Assembly (NCBI GenBank): GCA_046539325.1
Contig: JBKHHD010000002.1
Span: forward strand, 30,426 to 62,425
Direction of reading: 5' to 3'
Length of the DNA stretch: 32,000 bases
Origin: Candidatus Aenigmatarchaeota archaeon
Lineage (GTDB): Archaea; Aenigmatarchaeota; Aenigmatarchaeia; PWEA01
Positions 8,904-16,806 of this stretch are shown here, piece after piece. The notes under the pieces were generated by a model that was not told the DNA's origin, ran no database searches, and saw nothing but the letters and a program-made list of their open reading frames with translations. The position numbers were made by a program, and so were the translations under genes. Within the stretch, counting starts at the first letter, position 1. Every line of letters begins with the position of its first letter.

Positions 8904-9518
8904 ATGTCTTACTCCTTTGACTTCGATCTTACAAAGATATCTCGTTCCTTCTTCCGCGAGCTCGCAAGCTTCACGGAGAAGAGCGAGGTTCACAGAAAAA
9001 CAGGGAACGCCTCGAGGAAACTGGCGAAGAAAATGAAGGTCAACGAGTTGACCGGAATTCCTATGACCGATGCGATAACTCTGGTCGAAGACATGATAGA
9101 CGTCCACGCGAAGAATCTCGCCCATGAGGACGAGTTCCAGGAGACGGAAAACAGGGCTCTTTTCCTTCCGCACTGCTCCAGGAAACACATGGACGGAGAG
9201 TGTGAAGCGAGCTTCGACCCCGAACTGTCCTCCTACAGCTGCAGAAAGTGCAGCGAGGACTGTCCCGTTAAGAAGGCAACGGAGATAGGAGAAGAAAGGG
9301 GCTACGATGTGTTTGTTTTCCCAGGAGGTTCCTGTATACCAAAGGTACTGGCGAAGAGGGACTACGATGGTGTAGTCGGTGTTGCATGTTCTGAGGAGAT
9401 AAAGCTCGGGATAAAAAAACTGGAGGAAGCAGGTGTCGAATACCAGGGAATACCTCTGCTGAAGAACGGGTGTGCAAACACGGAGTTCAACATAGAGACG
9501 CTCAAGAAAAAGCTTTAA
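8904..9518 (+). CDS. Cys-rich DUF116-like protein
   Basis: LFLPHCSRKHMDGECEASF..SYSCRKCSEDCPVKKA...VFVFPGGSCIPK..GVVGVACSEE matches my recollection of the DUF116 pattern. ATG follows the upstream TGA by 1 nt, with GGAGGGTGAG as SD. Confidence 0.65.
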   Translation: MSYSFDFDLTKISRSFFRELASFTEKSEVHRKTGNASRKLAKKMKVNELTGIPMTDAITLVEDMIDVHAKNLAHEDEFQETENRALFLPHCSRKHMDGECEASFDPELSSYSCRKCSEDCPVKKATEIGEERGYDVFVFPGGSCIPKVLAKRDYDGVVGVACSEEIKLGIKKLEEAGVEYQGIPLLKNGCANTEFNIETLKKKL

Positions 9519-9543
9519 AATACTTACGCGAAAGTGTTCTACG

Positions 9544-9873
9544 ATGAAAGTAAAGACGTTGGCTGTGCTCGTGCTGGTAGTTTCTGCAACCTTGATGGTA
9601 TCGGGATGTGTAGACTTCCTCAGAAGGACAGCAGACAGGGTCACAGGAGGCGAGTGTATAGAGCTTGAGAAAAAGGCAGAGACCAGACCGGGCATGGACT
9701 GCAAGTGTTATCCGACTGACTTCATTCCAGAAGGTGTCAAGAACCAGACAGATATGGAGCAACTGGAAGGAAAGTGCTACTGTACGTGCTCTTTCGAGGA
9801 AACCGACGAGGAGGCCAATATATCGATAGTCGAGGGCCCTGATGGAAACACGATAATTTCTCAGCTCACATAG
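9544..9873 (+). CDS. Small secreted Cys-rich lipoprotein-like protein
   Basis: MKVKTLAVLVLVVSATLMVSGC has a lipobox-like VSGC. Six further Cys residues. Confidence 0.55.
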   Translation: MKVKTLAVLVLVVSATLMVSGCVDFLRRTADRVTGGECIELEKKAETRPGMDCKCYPTDFIPEGVKNQTDMEQLEGKCYCTCSFEETDEEANISIVEGPDGNTIISQLT

Positions 9874-11044
9874 ACTTCTTCATAATTTCTCTCATAACCA
9901 CGGTGGCGTATCTACCGGGCTTCAGAGAGAAGGATACTTCCACTGTTGCTTTACCTTCAACTTCCTTTACTTCAGTCACTTCAAAATCCGGTTTGATAAG
10001 GACAGCTCGTAATGTACCCTTTGAAGAAAGTTCTCCGAAGTCTTTGAATTCGAAGTCCTTGAGCTTTACATTGTCTTCCTGTAATGCTTGCTCGAGGTAG
10101 CTGTCGAAGCTTTGCGAGGAAAAGTTGGTTCCGTATCCCGGAACCTTACCAGGAAAGTTCCTCGCATCGTGTCTCAACAGCCGTGATACGGCTTTGTTGA
10201 AAACATAGGACTGGTAGGCATGGACGAAAAGTCTCCGTAGGTTTTTAGGGAAAACCTTGAAGACCTTGATCCAGTCCTTGTCCGTGGAAGGATTCAGACC
10301 GTTTAACTTTTTAATAAGATCCCTTTCGTAGGTAAGAGGTCTTGGAAAGTATTCCAGTGCTTCATCGTAGTTTTTATTCTCTTCAAGCCTTGATCTCGCT
10401 TCTCTGAACTCCTGTTTCTCCGTGGAAAAAGTTTTGAAAAGGTAGGTTTCAACGGCTTCCCTGTAGTTTCTTCTGAGAAGCTCTTTTCCAACCAGGTGTG
10501 TGATAGGTCTCTTACCGCCGAATCTCTGTAGCCCATAGTAGTTGGGTACACCCTCCTTGATTTCTTCAGCGAGCTCTTGTAGCCTTTCCCTACACTCCTC
10601 CAAACCTACATCTATCCCTCTTAATGTTATGGTAAATCTGTTTTCCTTCAGGTCGCCGTTTTTGAGAGAACGGGAAACCTTCTTGACAGCTTCCACCTCT
10701 AGGCCTTCTTCGTCCAGCTTCACCTCCTCCCCATCCAAGCCCTCTAAGGTCACGAACTGGGTCGTACAAGCTCTCTTATCCTTCAAACCAGCGTATCCTA
10801 TCCTCTTCTTTGAGAGACGTAGCTTTGACGAAATTCTGTCTATGGCCTCAAAGGTGGTCATATTCCGCTTCTTGAGCTTGCAAAGAAGGAAGTTTCCGCC
10901 CTCCTCAAGGTCTATGGGAACTTCTTCGACTACGAAATCCTCAGGTTTGGTCTTCAGCCTTCCTCCTATACCCGGAGAATCAGTTCCGTACTCCTCGATT
11001 CCGCAGAACTCTTCAAGATCGAAGTCATTGGACATAATCAACAT
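9866..11044 (-). CDS. truD: tRNA pseudouridine synthase D (TruD/Pus7 family)
   Basis: GIGGRLKTKPEDFVVEE and GYAGLKDKRACTTQFVT (catalytic Asp motif). Length 392 aa. Confidence 0.9.
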   Translation of the reverse strand: MLIMSNDFDLEEFCGIEEYGTDSPGIGGRLKTKPEDFVVEEVPIDLEEGGNFLLCKLKKRNMTTFEAIDRISSKLRLSKKRIGYAGLKDKRACTTQFVTLEGLDGEEVKLDEEGLEVEAVKKVSRSLKNGDLKENRFTITLRGIDVGLEECRERLQELAEEIKEGVPNYYGLQRFGGKRPITHLVGKELLRRNYREAVETYLFKTFSTEKQEFREARSRLEENKNYDEALEYFPRPLTYERDLIKKLNGLNPSTDKDWIKVFKVFPKNLRRLFVHAYQSYVFNKAVSRLLRHDARNFPGKVPGYGTNFSSQSFDSYLEQALQEDNVKLKDFEFKDFGELSSKGTLRAVLIKPDFEVTEVKEVEGKATVEVSFSLKPGRYATVVMREIMKKSM

Positions 11045-11062
11045 CCATTGAAATATAATCTA

Positions 11063-11404
11063 TTACTTAATCAGAGGCAAGTGGCCTGTGACCTTGTCTA
11101 TTTTTTCCTCCGATCCTGGACCCACGGCCAGAGCCGTCGTGGTTCCCTGAGGAATTTCTGTCCTTCCGGCGTCCTTCACGAGGTAAGCAGGTACGCCTAT
11201 CCCCTCGGCATTCCTCTTGATTTGGAATAGCTCTTCCTCGTCTTCCACGCCAACTACCACCTTCTTCTCACCTGATTTTTCCCATTTTCTAAGGTTCTTC
11301 TCACTGACCTTACGGTATGCTCCCAGAGAGGCGTGGGCCGCCTGCGCAGCCGCCTTCCCCTTGCTGAGGTTCAGATCCTTTCTCACCACGATAACCTGTT
11401 TCAT
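11063..11404 (-). CDS. pth2: Peptidyl-tRNA hydrolase, archaeal/eukaryal Pth2 type
   Basis: MKQVIVVRKDLNLSKGKAAAQAAHASLGAY...VKDAGRTEIPQGTTTALAVGP. Confidence 0.9.
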   Translation of the reverse strand: MKQVIVVRKDLNLSKGKAAAQAAHASLGAYRKVSEKNLRKWEKSGEKKVVVGVEDEEELFQIKRNAEGIGVPAYLVKDAGRTEIPQGTTTALAVGPGSEEKIDKVTGHLPLIK

Positions 11405-11440
11405 AGAAACAATTAAAAAGAAACGGACTTATATTGTTGT

Positions 11441-12025
11441 GTGAAAACCATGCTCCACGATCTGGAGGAGAAGTACAGTATAAGAAGGAAGTTCACGGGA
11501 CCGCTTCTCGTAGACGTAAATCCAAACTACCTGTCGATCCTTGCGCTCTTCTTCGCCTTCGCGTCGGGCTATATGTTCTACAGGAATCTCAACGTGCTCG
11601 CAGGTGTCTTCCTTCTCGCCAACGGTTATCTGGATATACTGGACGGAGAGGTCGCCAAGGAGTTCGGAAGGTCCTCAAAGTTCGGGGACTTCATAGACCA
11701 CACCTTCGACAGAATAGCCGATCTCGCGATGCTACTGGGACTGGCACTGGGTCCTGTAGTTCCTCTCGAACTGGGGGGCCTCACGGCGGTAGTCGTACTC
11801 CTTGTCTCGTACATGGGCACGCAGCATCAGGCCATAAGCCAAGAGAGGCTCTACGGTGGTCTGTTCGGAAGAAGCGACAGGATAGCAGCACTTTTCGTCT
11901 TTTCCGTTGCCTCCTACTTTTTCCCTGAGGCACTGCTCTACGGAGTATACGTGGTCCTGATACTGTCGGCGGTAACGTTTATCCAGAGGTTTCACAGATC
12001 CGCAAAGGAGATAAGACGCCTCTAA
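11441..12025 (+). CDS. CDP-alcohol phosphatidyltransferase (archaeal polar-lipid head-group transferase)
   Basis: Signature DILDGEVAKEFGRSSKFGDFIDHTFD fits D-x2-D-G-x2-A-(R/K)-x8-G-x3-D-x3-D. Six TM segments. The start may instead be ATG 11450. Confidence 0.85.
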   Translation: MKTMLHDLEEKYSIRRKFTGPLLVDVNPNYLSILALFFAFASGYMFYRNLNVLAGVFLLANGYLDILDGEVAKEFGRSSKFGDFIDHTFDRIADLAMLLGLALGPVVPLELGGLTAVVVLLVSYMGTQHQAISQERLYGGLFGRSDRIAALFVFSVASYFFPEALLYGVYVVLILSAVTFIQRFHRSAKEIRRL

Positions 12026-12034
12026 GATAAAGGA

Positions 12035-12826
12035 CTAGACGGCCATGGCAACCGTAAACATGTTCCTTGCGGCTAGGGAGAGACCAAGTCCAAGGACAAC
12101 TATCTTCAGCCAGTTCAGAAGCTCCACGTCCTCTACGACGTCGTCAAGAAGGTAAAGAACCGGCCATACGACAGCTATCTTCAAAGGGATCATTACCCAG
12201 GCACCTGTTGCGTCTATAAGGATATCAGGGAGAACATGTTTCTCCGTGTAGCCGAAGACGGTTATAGCTATGAAGGTCGAGGTACCGTCCATAAGGTGCC
12301 CGGAAAGTATGTGGTGGTTGATTCTGGTGAGGTATTCAGGGCAGAGCTTCGTGACCACGTAAAGGACGGCGGAAAGTGCACCGGCTATTCCGAGGACGTA
12401 TACGAAGACCATGTAGTTCGGAAAGCCTATATTCGCGGCCGAGAAAAGACAAGCGAGGAAGGGAATTCCCCCAAAGATCCACATCCACTTAACGTAGGAA
12501 ATACTGTATCTGTCCTCGAGGTACTGTGAAAGGAGGACTGTGGGTACCGTATACGCAGCTATGAGAAGGTGTATCCCAGGAGTGTTGAACCAGAAACCTG
12601 TAAATATCTCCGCATCACCCTGTCCCAGAGACCTCAAAATACCTCCGAGGAGAAGGTAAGGGACCATGGCCAGCACAAAGCTCTTGTCTATATCCGTTCT
12701 TATTTTCTTGAGGAAGAAGCGGTGTATCAGATATATAGCAACTACGAGCAGAAGGGCGTATGCCACCGTCTCAACCGTGGTGTATCCCGAACCTGCAAAG
12801 TATGACGCGTAGATCTCCTCCAGCAT
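12035..12826 (-). CDS. DUF63-like polytopic membrane protein
   Basis: MLEEIYASYFAGSGYTTVETVAYALLLVVAIYLI... with 7-8 TM segments. The family call is from memory. The start overlaps the carS stop as TAATG. Confidence 0.6.
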   Translation of the reverse strand: MLEEIYASYFAGSGYTTVETVAYALLLVVAIYLIHRFFLKKIRTDIDKSFVLAMVPYLLLGGILRSLGQGDAEIFTGFWFNTPGIHLLIAAYTVPTVLLSQYLEDRYSISYVKWMWIFGGIPFLACLFSAANIGFPNYMVFVYVLGIAGALSAVLYVVTKLCPEYLTRINHHILSGHLMDGTSTFIAITVFGYTEKHVLPDILIDATGAWVMIPLKIAVVWPVLYLLDDVVEDVELLNWLKIVVLGLGLSLAARNMFTVAMAV

Positions 12827-13362
12827 TACCAGGGGACCTCCTTTATACCCAGATAGTATGCGAGAAGGTTAAAAAAGTAGTGCACTGCTGGAGTTATGAA
12901 AACTATTAAAGCAGCGGACATGTAGGTCATGTCCGAGAGGACGAGTGCAACGGGCAAAGAGAATACCAGGAAGTCCAGCTGATCCACAAGAGGAATACTT
13001 GTTCCCCTCTCAGTTCCTGCTCTTCTCTTAAAGAAGGACGCGACCATATCGCCGAGCATAGCAGAAAGCGAGAGTACGAAGGCGAGGGTTGCCGTCATGT
13101 ATGGCGTCGAAAAGCCAAAGCCCGTGGTAATCTGGTTGAACTGTGGCCACAGAAGGATCTGGACGAGGCCTATGAAGACACCGGAAGCTATGGCAAATAA
13201 GAACCCTTCCCAAGTCTTTCCGCCACCAAGAAGGTCATTTCCACGGAACTCCTTGCCGAAGTCCATTCTATGTCCTCCACCGAAAACAGGCGCTCCGCCG
13301 TTGGCTATGTAGGCAGGAAGTATAATCCATAGCCCCTGGATCAATGCATGTAGCCAGCTCAT
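12826..13362 (-). CDS. carS: CDP-archaeol synthase
   Basis: LWIILPAYIANGGAPVFGGG...MDFGKEFRGNDLLGGGKTWEGF resembles the CarS (DUF46) signature. 178 aa, 5 TM segments. Confidence 0.8.
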   Translation of the reverse strand: MSWLHALIQGLWIILPAYIANGGAPVFGGGHRMDFGKEFRGNDLLGGGKTWEGFLFAIASGVFIGLVQILLWPQFNQITTGFGFSTPYMTATLAFVLSLSAMLGDMVASFFKRRAGTERGTSIPLVDQLDFLVFSLPVALVLSDMTYMSAALIVFITPAVHYFFNLLAYYLGIKEVPW

Positions 13363-13421
13363 AGTCCCTATACTTATAACCAGATGGTTTATAAAAATGC
13401 TGACTCTATGCTCAATTTTTT

Positions 13422-13961
13422 ATGTTCAGAAGACAAAGAAAGTTCTGGGGTGATTTTATCTCAGAAACAGACAAGAATCTCGACAACGCGTTTGGAGGCG
13501 AGTCCCGGGCAAGGAGCAAATACCTGCTGTACGCTGAAAGGGCCGAGGAGGAAGGTTTAGAACAGATAGCCAAGCTCTTCAGAGCAGTAGCCAAGGCAGA
13601 GGCAATACACATAGGCAATCACGCAGAGGCTATGGACAAGGTCAAAGAGACAGTGAACAATCTCCAGGACGCGATAGAGGGAGAGAAGTATGAAAACAGC
13701 GAGATGTATCCAAAGTTCTTAGAGAAAGCCAGAGAAGAAGGCGAAAAGAACGCTGCAAGAAGCTTCCGCTGGGCAAAGGAAGTAGAGGAAGTCCATGAAG
13801 AGCTTTACAAGAAGGCCAAGAAGAAAGCAGAAGAAGGCAAGGATATGGAAGAGAAGAAAATCTTCATCTGTGGAGGCTGTGGCTACACGACCATGGATGA
13901 AGCTCCTGATGTGTGTCCGGTCTGCGGCGCTCCTAAGAAGATGTTTGAAGAAGTGGAGTAG
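13422..13961 (+). CDS. rbr: Rubrerythrin
   Basis: Ferritin-like GGESRARSKYLLYAERAEEEG / AKAEAIHIGNHAE / EGEKYE, plus a C-terminal rubredoxin-like CGGCGY...CPVCGAP. TATA-like GGTTTATAAAAATG ~25 nt upstream (leaderless). Confidence 0.9.
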   Translation: MFRRQRKFWGDFISETDKNLDNAFGGESRARSKYLLYAERAEEEGLEQIAKLFRAVAKAEAIHIGNHAEAMDKVKETVNNLQDAIEGEKYENSEMYPKFLEKAREEGEKNAARSFRWAKEVEEVHEELYKKAKKKAEEGKDMEEKKIFICGGCGYTTMDEAPDVCPVCGAPKKMFEEVE

Positions 13962-14009
13962 GCTTCAAAATTTTAAAAAGGACTGAAAGGTCCAGAAGGG
14001 GGTGAAAAT

Positions 14010-14369
14010 ATGGAATGTGAGGAGGACTTATTTTGTGGTGTGAACTATGCTGATAAAGAGCCAGATGAAATGGACGCTCTTGAGAAAAAGCATACGCCCG
14101 TTGTTGAAGTCGAGGAACTAGACGGCAATAGATATAGAGTTACTGTTAAGGTCGGCGAATACAAAGACCATCCAAACGAGCACAACCATTTTATAGAGTC
14201 TATAGAGCTTTACTCCGGAAGAACATTTCTAGGGAGAGCTACATTTGCCTCGGCAAGGTCCAATCCGGAAGCGACCTTTGAGGTAAAGTTAGACCATAAA
14301 CATCCGTTTGTGGCCTTTGCACGGTGCAATATGCACGGCACGTGGCGCTCCAGGGGGAAGGAGATCTGA
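14010..14369 (+). CDS. sor: Superoxide reductase (1Fe neelaredoxin type)
   Basis: [25 protein letters not shown] and ARCNMHGTW match the His/Cys iron ligands of SOR. Confidence 0.85.
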   Translation: MECEEDLFCGVNYADKEPDEMDALEKKHTPVVEVEELDGNRYRVTVKVGEYKDHPNEHNHFIESIELYSGRTFLGRATFASARSNPEATFEVKLDHKHPFVAFARCNMHGTWRSRGKEI

Positions 14370-14370
14370 T

Positions 14371-14748
14371 ATGGAAGAAAAGATTTACTCTATACAGAAG
14401 CACGACGCTTCGCAGCTTCACTACGACCTGCGGCTGGAGAAGGACGGCGTGCTGAAGAGCTGGGCCGTTCCGAAGGAGCCGCCCGAAGAAGAAGGGACTA
14501 AGAGACTAGCGATACAGGTGGAGGACCACGAGCTTGACTACGCCTTCTTTGAAGGTCAAATAGAGGAAGGAAACTACGGCGCAGGGGAGGTGGAGGTCTG
14601 GGATAGGGGTAGCTACGAAGAAGTGAGCTGGAAGGAAAACAAGATAGTTTTTGAGATAAAGGGTGAAAAGCTGAGTGGGGAGTACGTCCTGGTGCGCTTT
14701 AAACCGGAGGAAGAGCCGGACAAGTGGCTGTTCTTCAAAAAAGGCTGA
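14371..14748 (+). CDS. Stand-alone LigD-type 3'-phosphoesterase domain protein
   Basis: [28 protein letters not shown]...[19 protein letters not shown] 14371 lies 1 nt after the SOR stop, with GGGGGAAGGAG as SD. Confidence 0.8.
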   Translation: MEEKIYSIQKHDASQLHYDLRLEKDGVLKSWAVPKEPPEEEGTKRLAIQVEDHELDYAFFEGQIEEGNYGAGEVEVWDRGSYEEVSWKENKIVFEIKGEKLSGEYVLVRFKPEEEPDKWLFFKKG

Positions 14749-14790
14749 GTTTGTTTATTTAAGTCTTTATGACTAATTTCATCCTGGATT

Positions 14791-15099
14791 ATGTCAGATT
14801 CTGAAAAAGAGGAAATCGATTGTGGTGTAAGCCCTGGGTTTATAAAACATCTCTATGACTCACTTCTAGACCATGAGAAAAACAGAGGACCCCATAAGGT
14901 AGAAGAAGGACATGGAAACTCTCTGGACAAGGTTATTATGGGCGAGAGGTTCGTTACCGACAGTTTTTTTGAGTACAGAAACAAGAGGCTAGTCATAGAA
15001 AAGGAAGGTGGCTCTGACTATGAACTTCCAGGAAACTATGTAATTGACGCTGAAAACAGTGAAACGGACAATATCTGGCTTCAGGAAGAAGGCCTTTGA
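14791..15099 (+). CDS. Hypothetical acidic protein
   Basis: 102-aa ORF. TATA-like TGTTTATTTAAG ~27 nt upstream. No motif recognised. Confidence 0.5.
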   Translation: MSDSEKEEIDCGVSPGFIKHLYDSLLDHEKNRGPHKVEEGHGNSLDKVIMGERFVTDSFFEYRNKRLVIEKEGGSDYELPGNYVIDAENSETDNIWLQEEGL

Positions 15100-15114
15100 T
15101 CTGGATACGAGGAA

Positions 15115-15125
15115 AAGATTTATTT
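15115..15125 (+). promoter_or_regulatory. tRNA-Arg promoter TATA box
   Basis: AAGATTTATTT ends ~23 nt before tRNA base 1. Confidence 0.5.
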
Positions 15126-15147
15126 CTGCAGTATAATTCTTGAAACA

Positions 15148-15225
15148 GGGCCTGTGGTCTAGTCTGGACAGGACGGTTGGTTGCGGACCAACAGATCCTG
15201 GGTTCAAATCCCAGCAGGCCCGCCA
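15148..15225 (+). tRNA. tRNA-Arg (anticodon GCG), CCA encoded
   Basis: Acceptor GGGCCTG/CAGGCCC. D-arm GTCT..GGAC. Anticodon arm GTTGG-TTGCGGA-CCAAC. T-arm CTGGG-TTCAAAT-CCCAG. Discriminator G plus CCA. Confidence 0.95.
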
Positions 15226-15735
15226 TCAGCATATATTTCTTCCGTACTCCTCTAAGAGGCTTCTATTTACCTGTATAGGCGCGTCGGCGCGGAGTGCCAC
15301 CGCGACTGCGTCACTAGGTCTCGAGTCAAGCCTGTAGACAGTTTCTTCCCTCTCCAGGTAAAGGTCAGCTATGTAAGCGCCGTCCTGTAGGTCGTGGACC
15401 CTCGCCATAACAACCTCCACGTCGTATCCACGGAGAGCATCTACCATAAGGTCATGGCTTCCTGGTCTTTCCCACAGCTCGTTGTTCAAACCGTACTGTA
15501 TAGACCTCGCCTGATCAACGCCTATAGTCATAGTCAGAGCATCGCAGTTGTGCCTGAGTTCGAGGTTCTGATTTTGGAGAAATACATTAGCTTCAACAAA
15601 CCCTTCGTTCTCCACTGGAATTTCCGGTACTTCGCTGTCAGAAGGGGAAATAAGGAGGAGAGCAAACGCTACAATAGCAGCGATTGCAAGCATTGAAGGC
15701 TTGTTCTCGGTTATTTTTTCGTTATCGTCACTCAT
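15226..15735 (-). CDS. Membrane-anchored bifunctional nuclease (BFN/DUF151) family protein
   Basis: N-terminal TM helix MLAIAAIVAFALLLI. Core ...DQARSIQYGLNNELWERPGSHDLMVDAL...DSRPSDAVAVALRADAPI is typical of DUF151. The stop codon abuts the tRNA-Arg 3' end. Confidence 0.75.
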   Translation of the reverse strand: MSDDNEKITENKPSMLAIAAIVAFALLLISPSDSEVPEIPVENEGFVEANVFLQNQNLELRHNCDALTMTIGVDQARSIQYGLNNELWERPGSHDLMVDALRGYDVEVVMARVHDLQDGAYIADLYLEREETVYRLDSRPSDAVAVALRADAPIQVNRSLLEEYGRNIC

Positions 15736-16228
15736 CTTGTTCCACGGGAACTATTATTCCTTTGAGGTCTTCGTGCTCGTCGCGTAAATACTTTTTGCCA
15801 GTGAGAGCACAGACGAGAGCATCGAACTCGTCCTCCGTGAGGTTCTCCGTCCTCCTGACCTGAAGATTGTCCTCCGAAGCTCTTGGAAATACCTCTATTA
15901 TCTCGAAGCCGTCCACCGTCTTCAGTTTTTCTACGAGGGACTTGGCACGTCTTACGAGAACCTTCATTCCGGGAAAGTTAGGTGAAAGTACGTCGTAGCC
16001 CTTCTCCTTTAACTCTTCGTCACAGTCTCTGTACATGCCGTCCTCAGGGAAGCCAAGGGGCGCATCCAGAGCTATAAGGTCCGGGTTAACACCCTTCACT
16101 ACTTCAAGGATCTCCACATCCGTCTTAAGAACCTCCGTTCTCACAGAACAACCGTCCAGAAGACAGAACCCTGTGTCGTTTTCCTCTTTACCTGCAAGGT
16201 CCAGTCCCACGACCTTCATAGTTGTCAT
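15728..16228 (-). CDS. RNase-H-fold predicted nuclease (DUF429-like)
   Basis: MKVVGLDLAGKEENDTGFCLL ... LIALDAPLGFPEDG. 8-nt overlap (ATGAGTGA) with the downstream BFN gene. Confidence 0.6.
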   Translation of the reverse strand: MTTMKVVGLDLAGKEENDTGFCLLDGCSVRTEVLKTDVEILEVVKGVNPDLIALDAPLGFPEDGMYRDCDEELKEKGYDVLSPNFPGMKVLVRRAKSLVEKLKTVDGFEIIEVFPRASEDNLQVRRTENLTEDEFDALVCALTGKKYLRDEHEDLKGIIVPVEQDE

Positions 16229-16239
16229 TTCTCCTTGAG

Positions 16240-16731
16240 CTAAATAAAGTATAGGTTTGCGAGGATTATTACTGTGACTGTGCAGAATATGATAGGTAGG
16301 AAAGGATACCTGTCTCCTTTACTGAGTATAGATCTGAGAACAAGAGAGAAGATCTTCAGAAGAAGGTAGAAAGCTAGAAGAGGTGTAAAGCTTAAGAGGG
16401 TTGAGACCGCTACAACAGCAGAGACGTCCATCTTAGCAAGTCTGAATACGAAGCCTGTCCTTCGCCAGGATAAAAGAACAAATGCACCTATCAGAATCCA
16501 CTTACCTAAGAATAGCGGTGGGAAGGATCCTTCGACAAACTGAGGGTAAAAGTCCACTATGGCCATCACGCCTGAGAATATCAACCAGAAATGGAAGAAC
16601 TCTTTCTGTGCCGCCGTCTTCTTGAGGTCACTTATCGAAGATACAGCGAGGGAGCCAAGAAGAAAGAGCATAGCATATATTTGATAGGTGGTCAGTTCCA
16701 GCTGCAGTCCTTCCGCAAGCTCCGCTAACAT
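16240..16731 (-). CDS. Polytopic membrane protein (5 TM), function unknown; weak resemblance to A24 prepilin-peptidase first-Asp motif
   Basis: SISDLKK after TM1. The second catalytic GxGD motif is not convincing (KGDRYPFLP). Confidence 0.55.
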   Translation of the reverse strand: MLAELAEGLQLELTTYQIYAMLFLLGSLAVSSISDLKKTAAQKEFFHFWLIFSGVMAIVDFYPQFVEGSFPPLFLGKWILIGAFVLLSWRRTGFVFRLAKMDVSAVVAVSTLLSFTPLLAFYLLLKIFSLVLRSILSKGDRYPFLPIIFCTVTVIILANLYFI

Positions 16732-16806
16732 GTTTAGGTTTTGTGGCGGTCTGTATTTAAAATTTTCAGATAAAGAATTAAAAGATAGATACCCAATGAT
16801 GATGCA

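Noticed and set aside
8820-9704. 294-aa minus-strand ORF
   Set aside because: It lies antisense to three well-supported plus-strand genes (8471..8902, DUF116-like, lipoprotein). It has no promoter or SD, and its composition is unlike the rest of the acidic proteome.
10542-11051. 169-aa plus-strand ORF
   Set aside because: It lies antisense to truD. It is Ser-rich low complexity with no motif.
11434-11928. 164-aa ORF in an alternative frame of the CDP-alcohol phosphatidyltransferase gene
   Set aside because: It is Arg-rich shadow-frame sequence. The other frame carries the complete enzyme signature.
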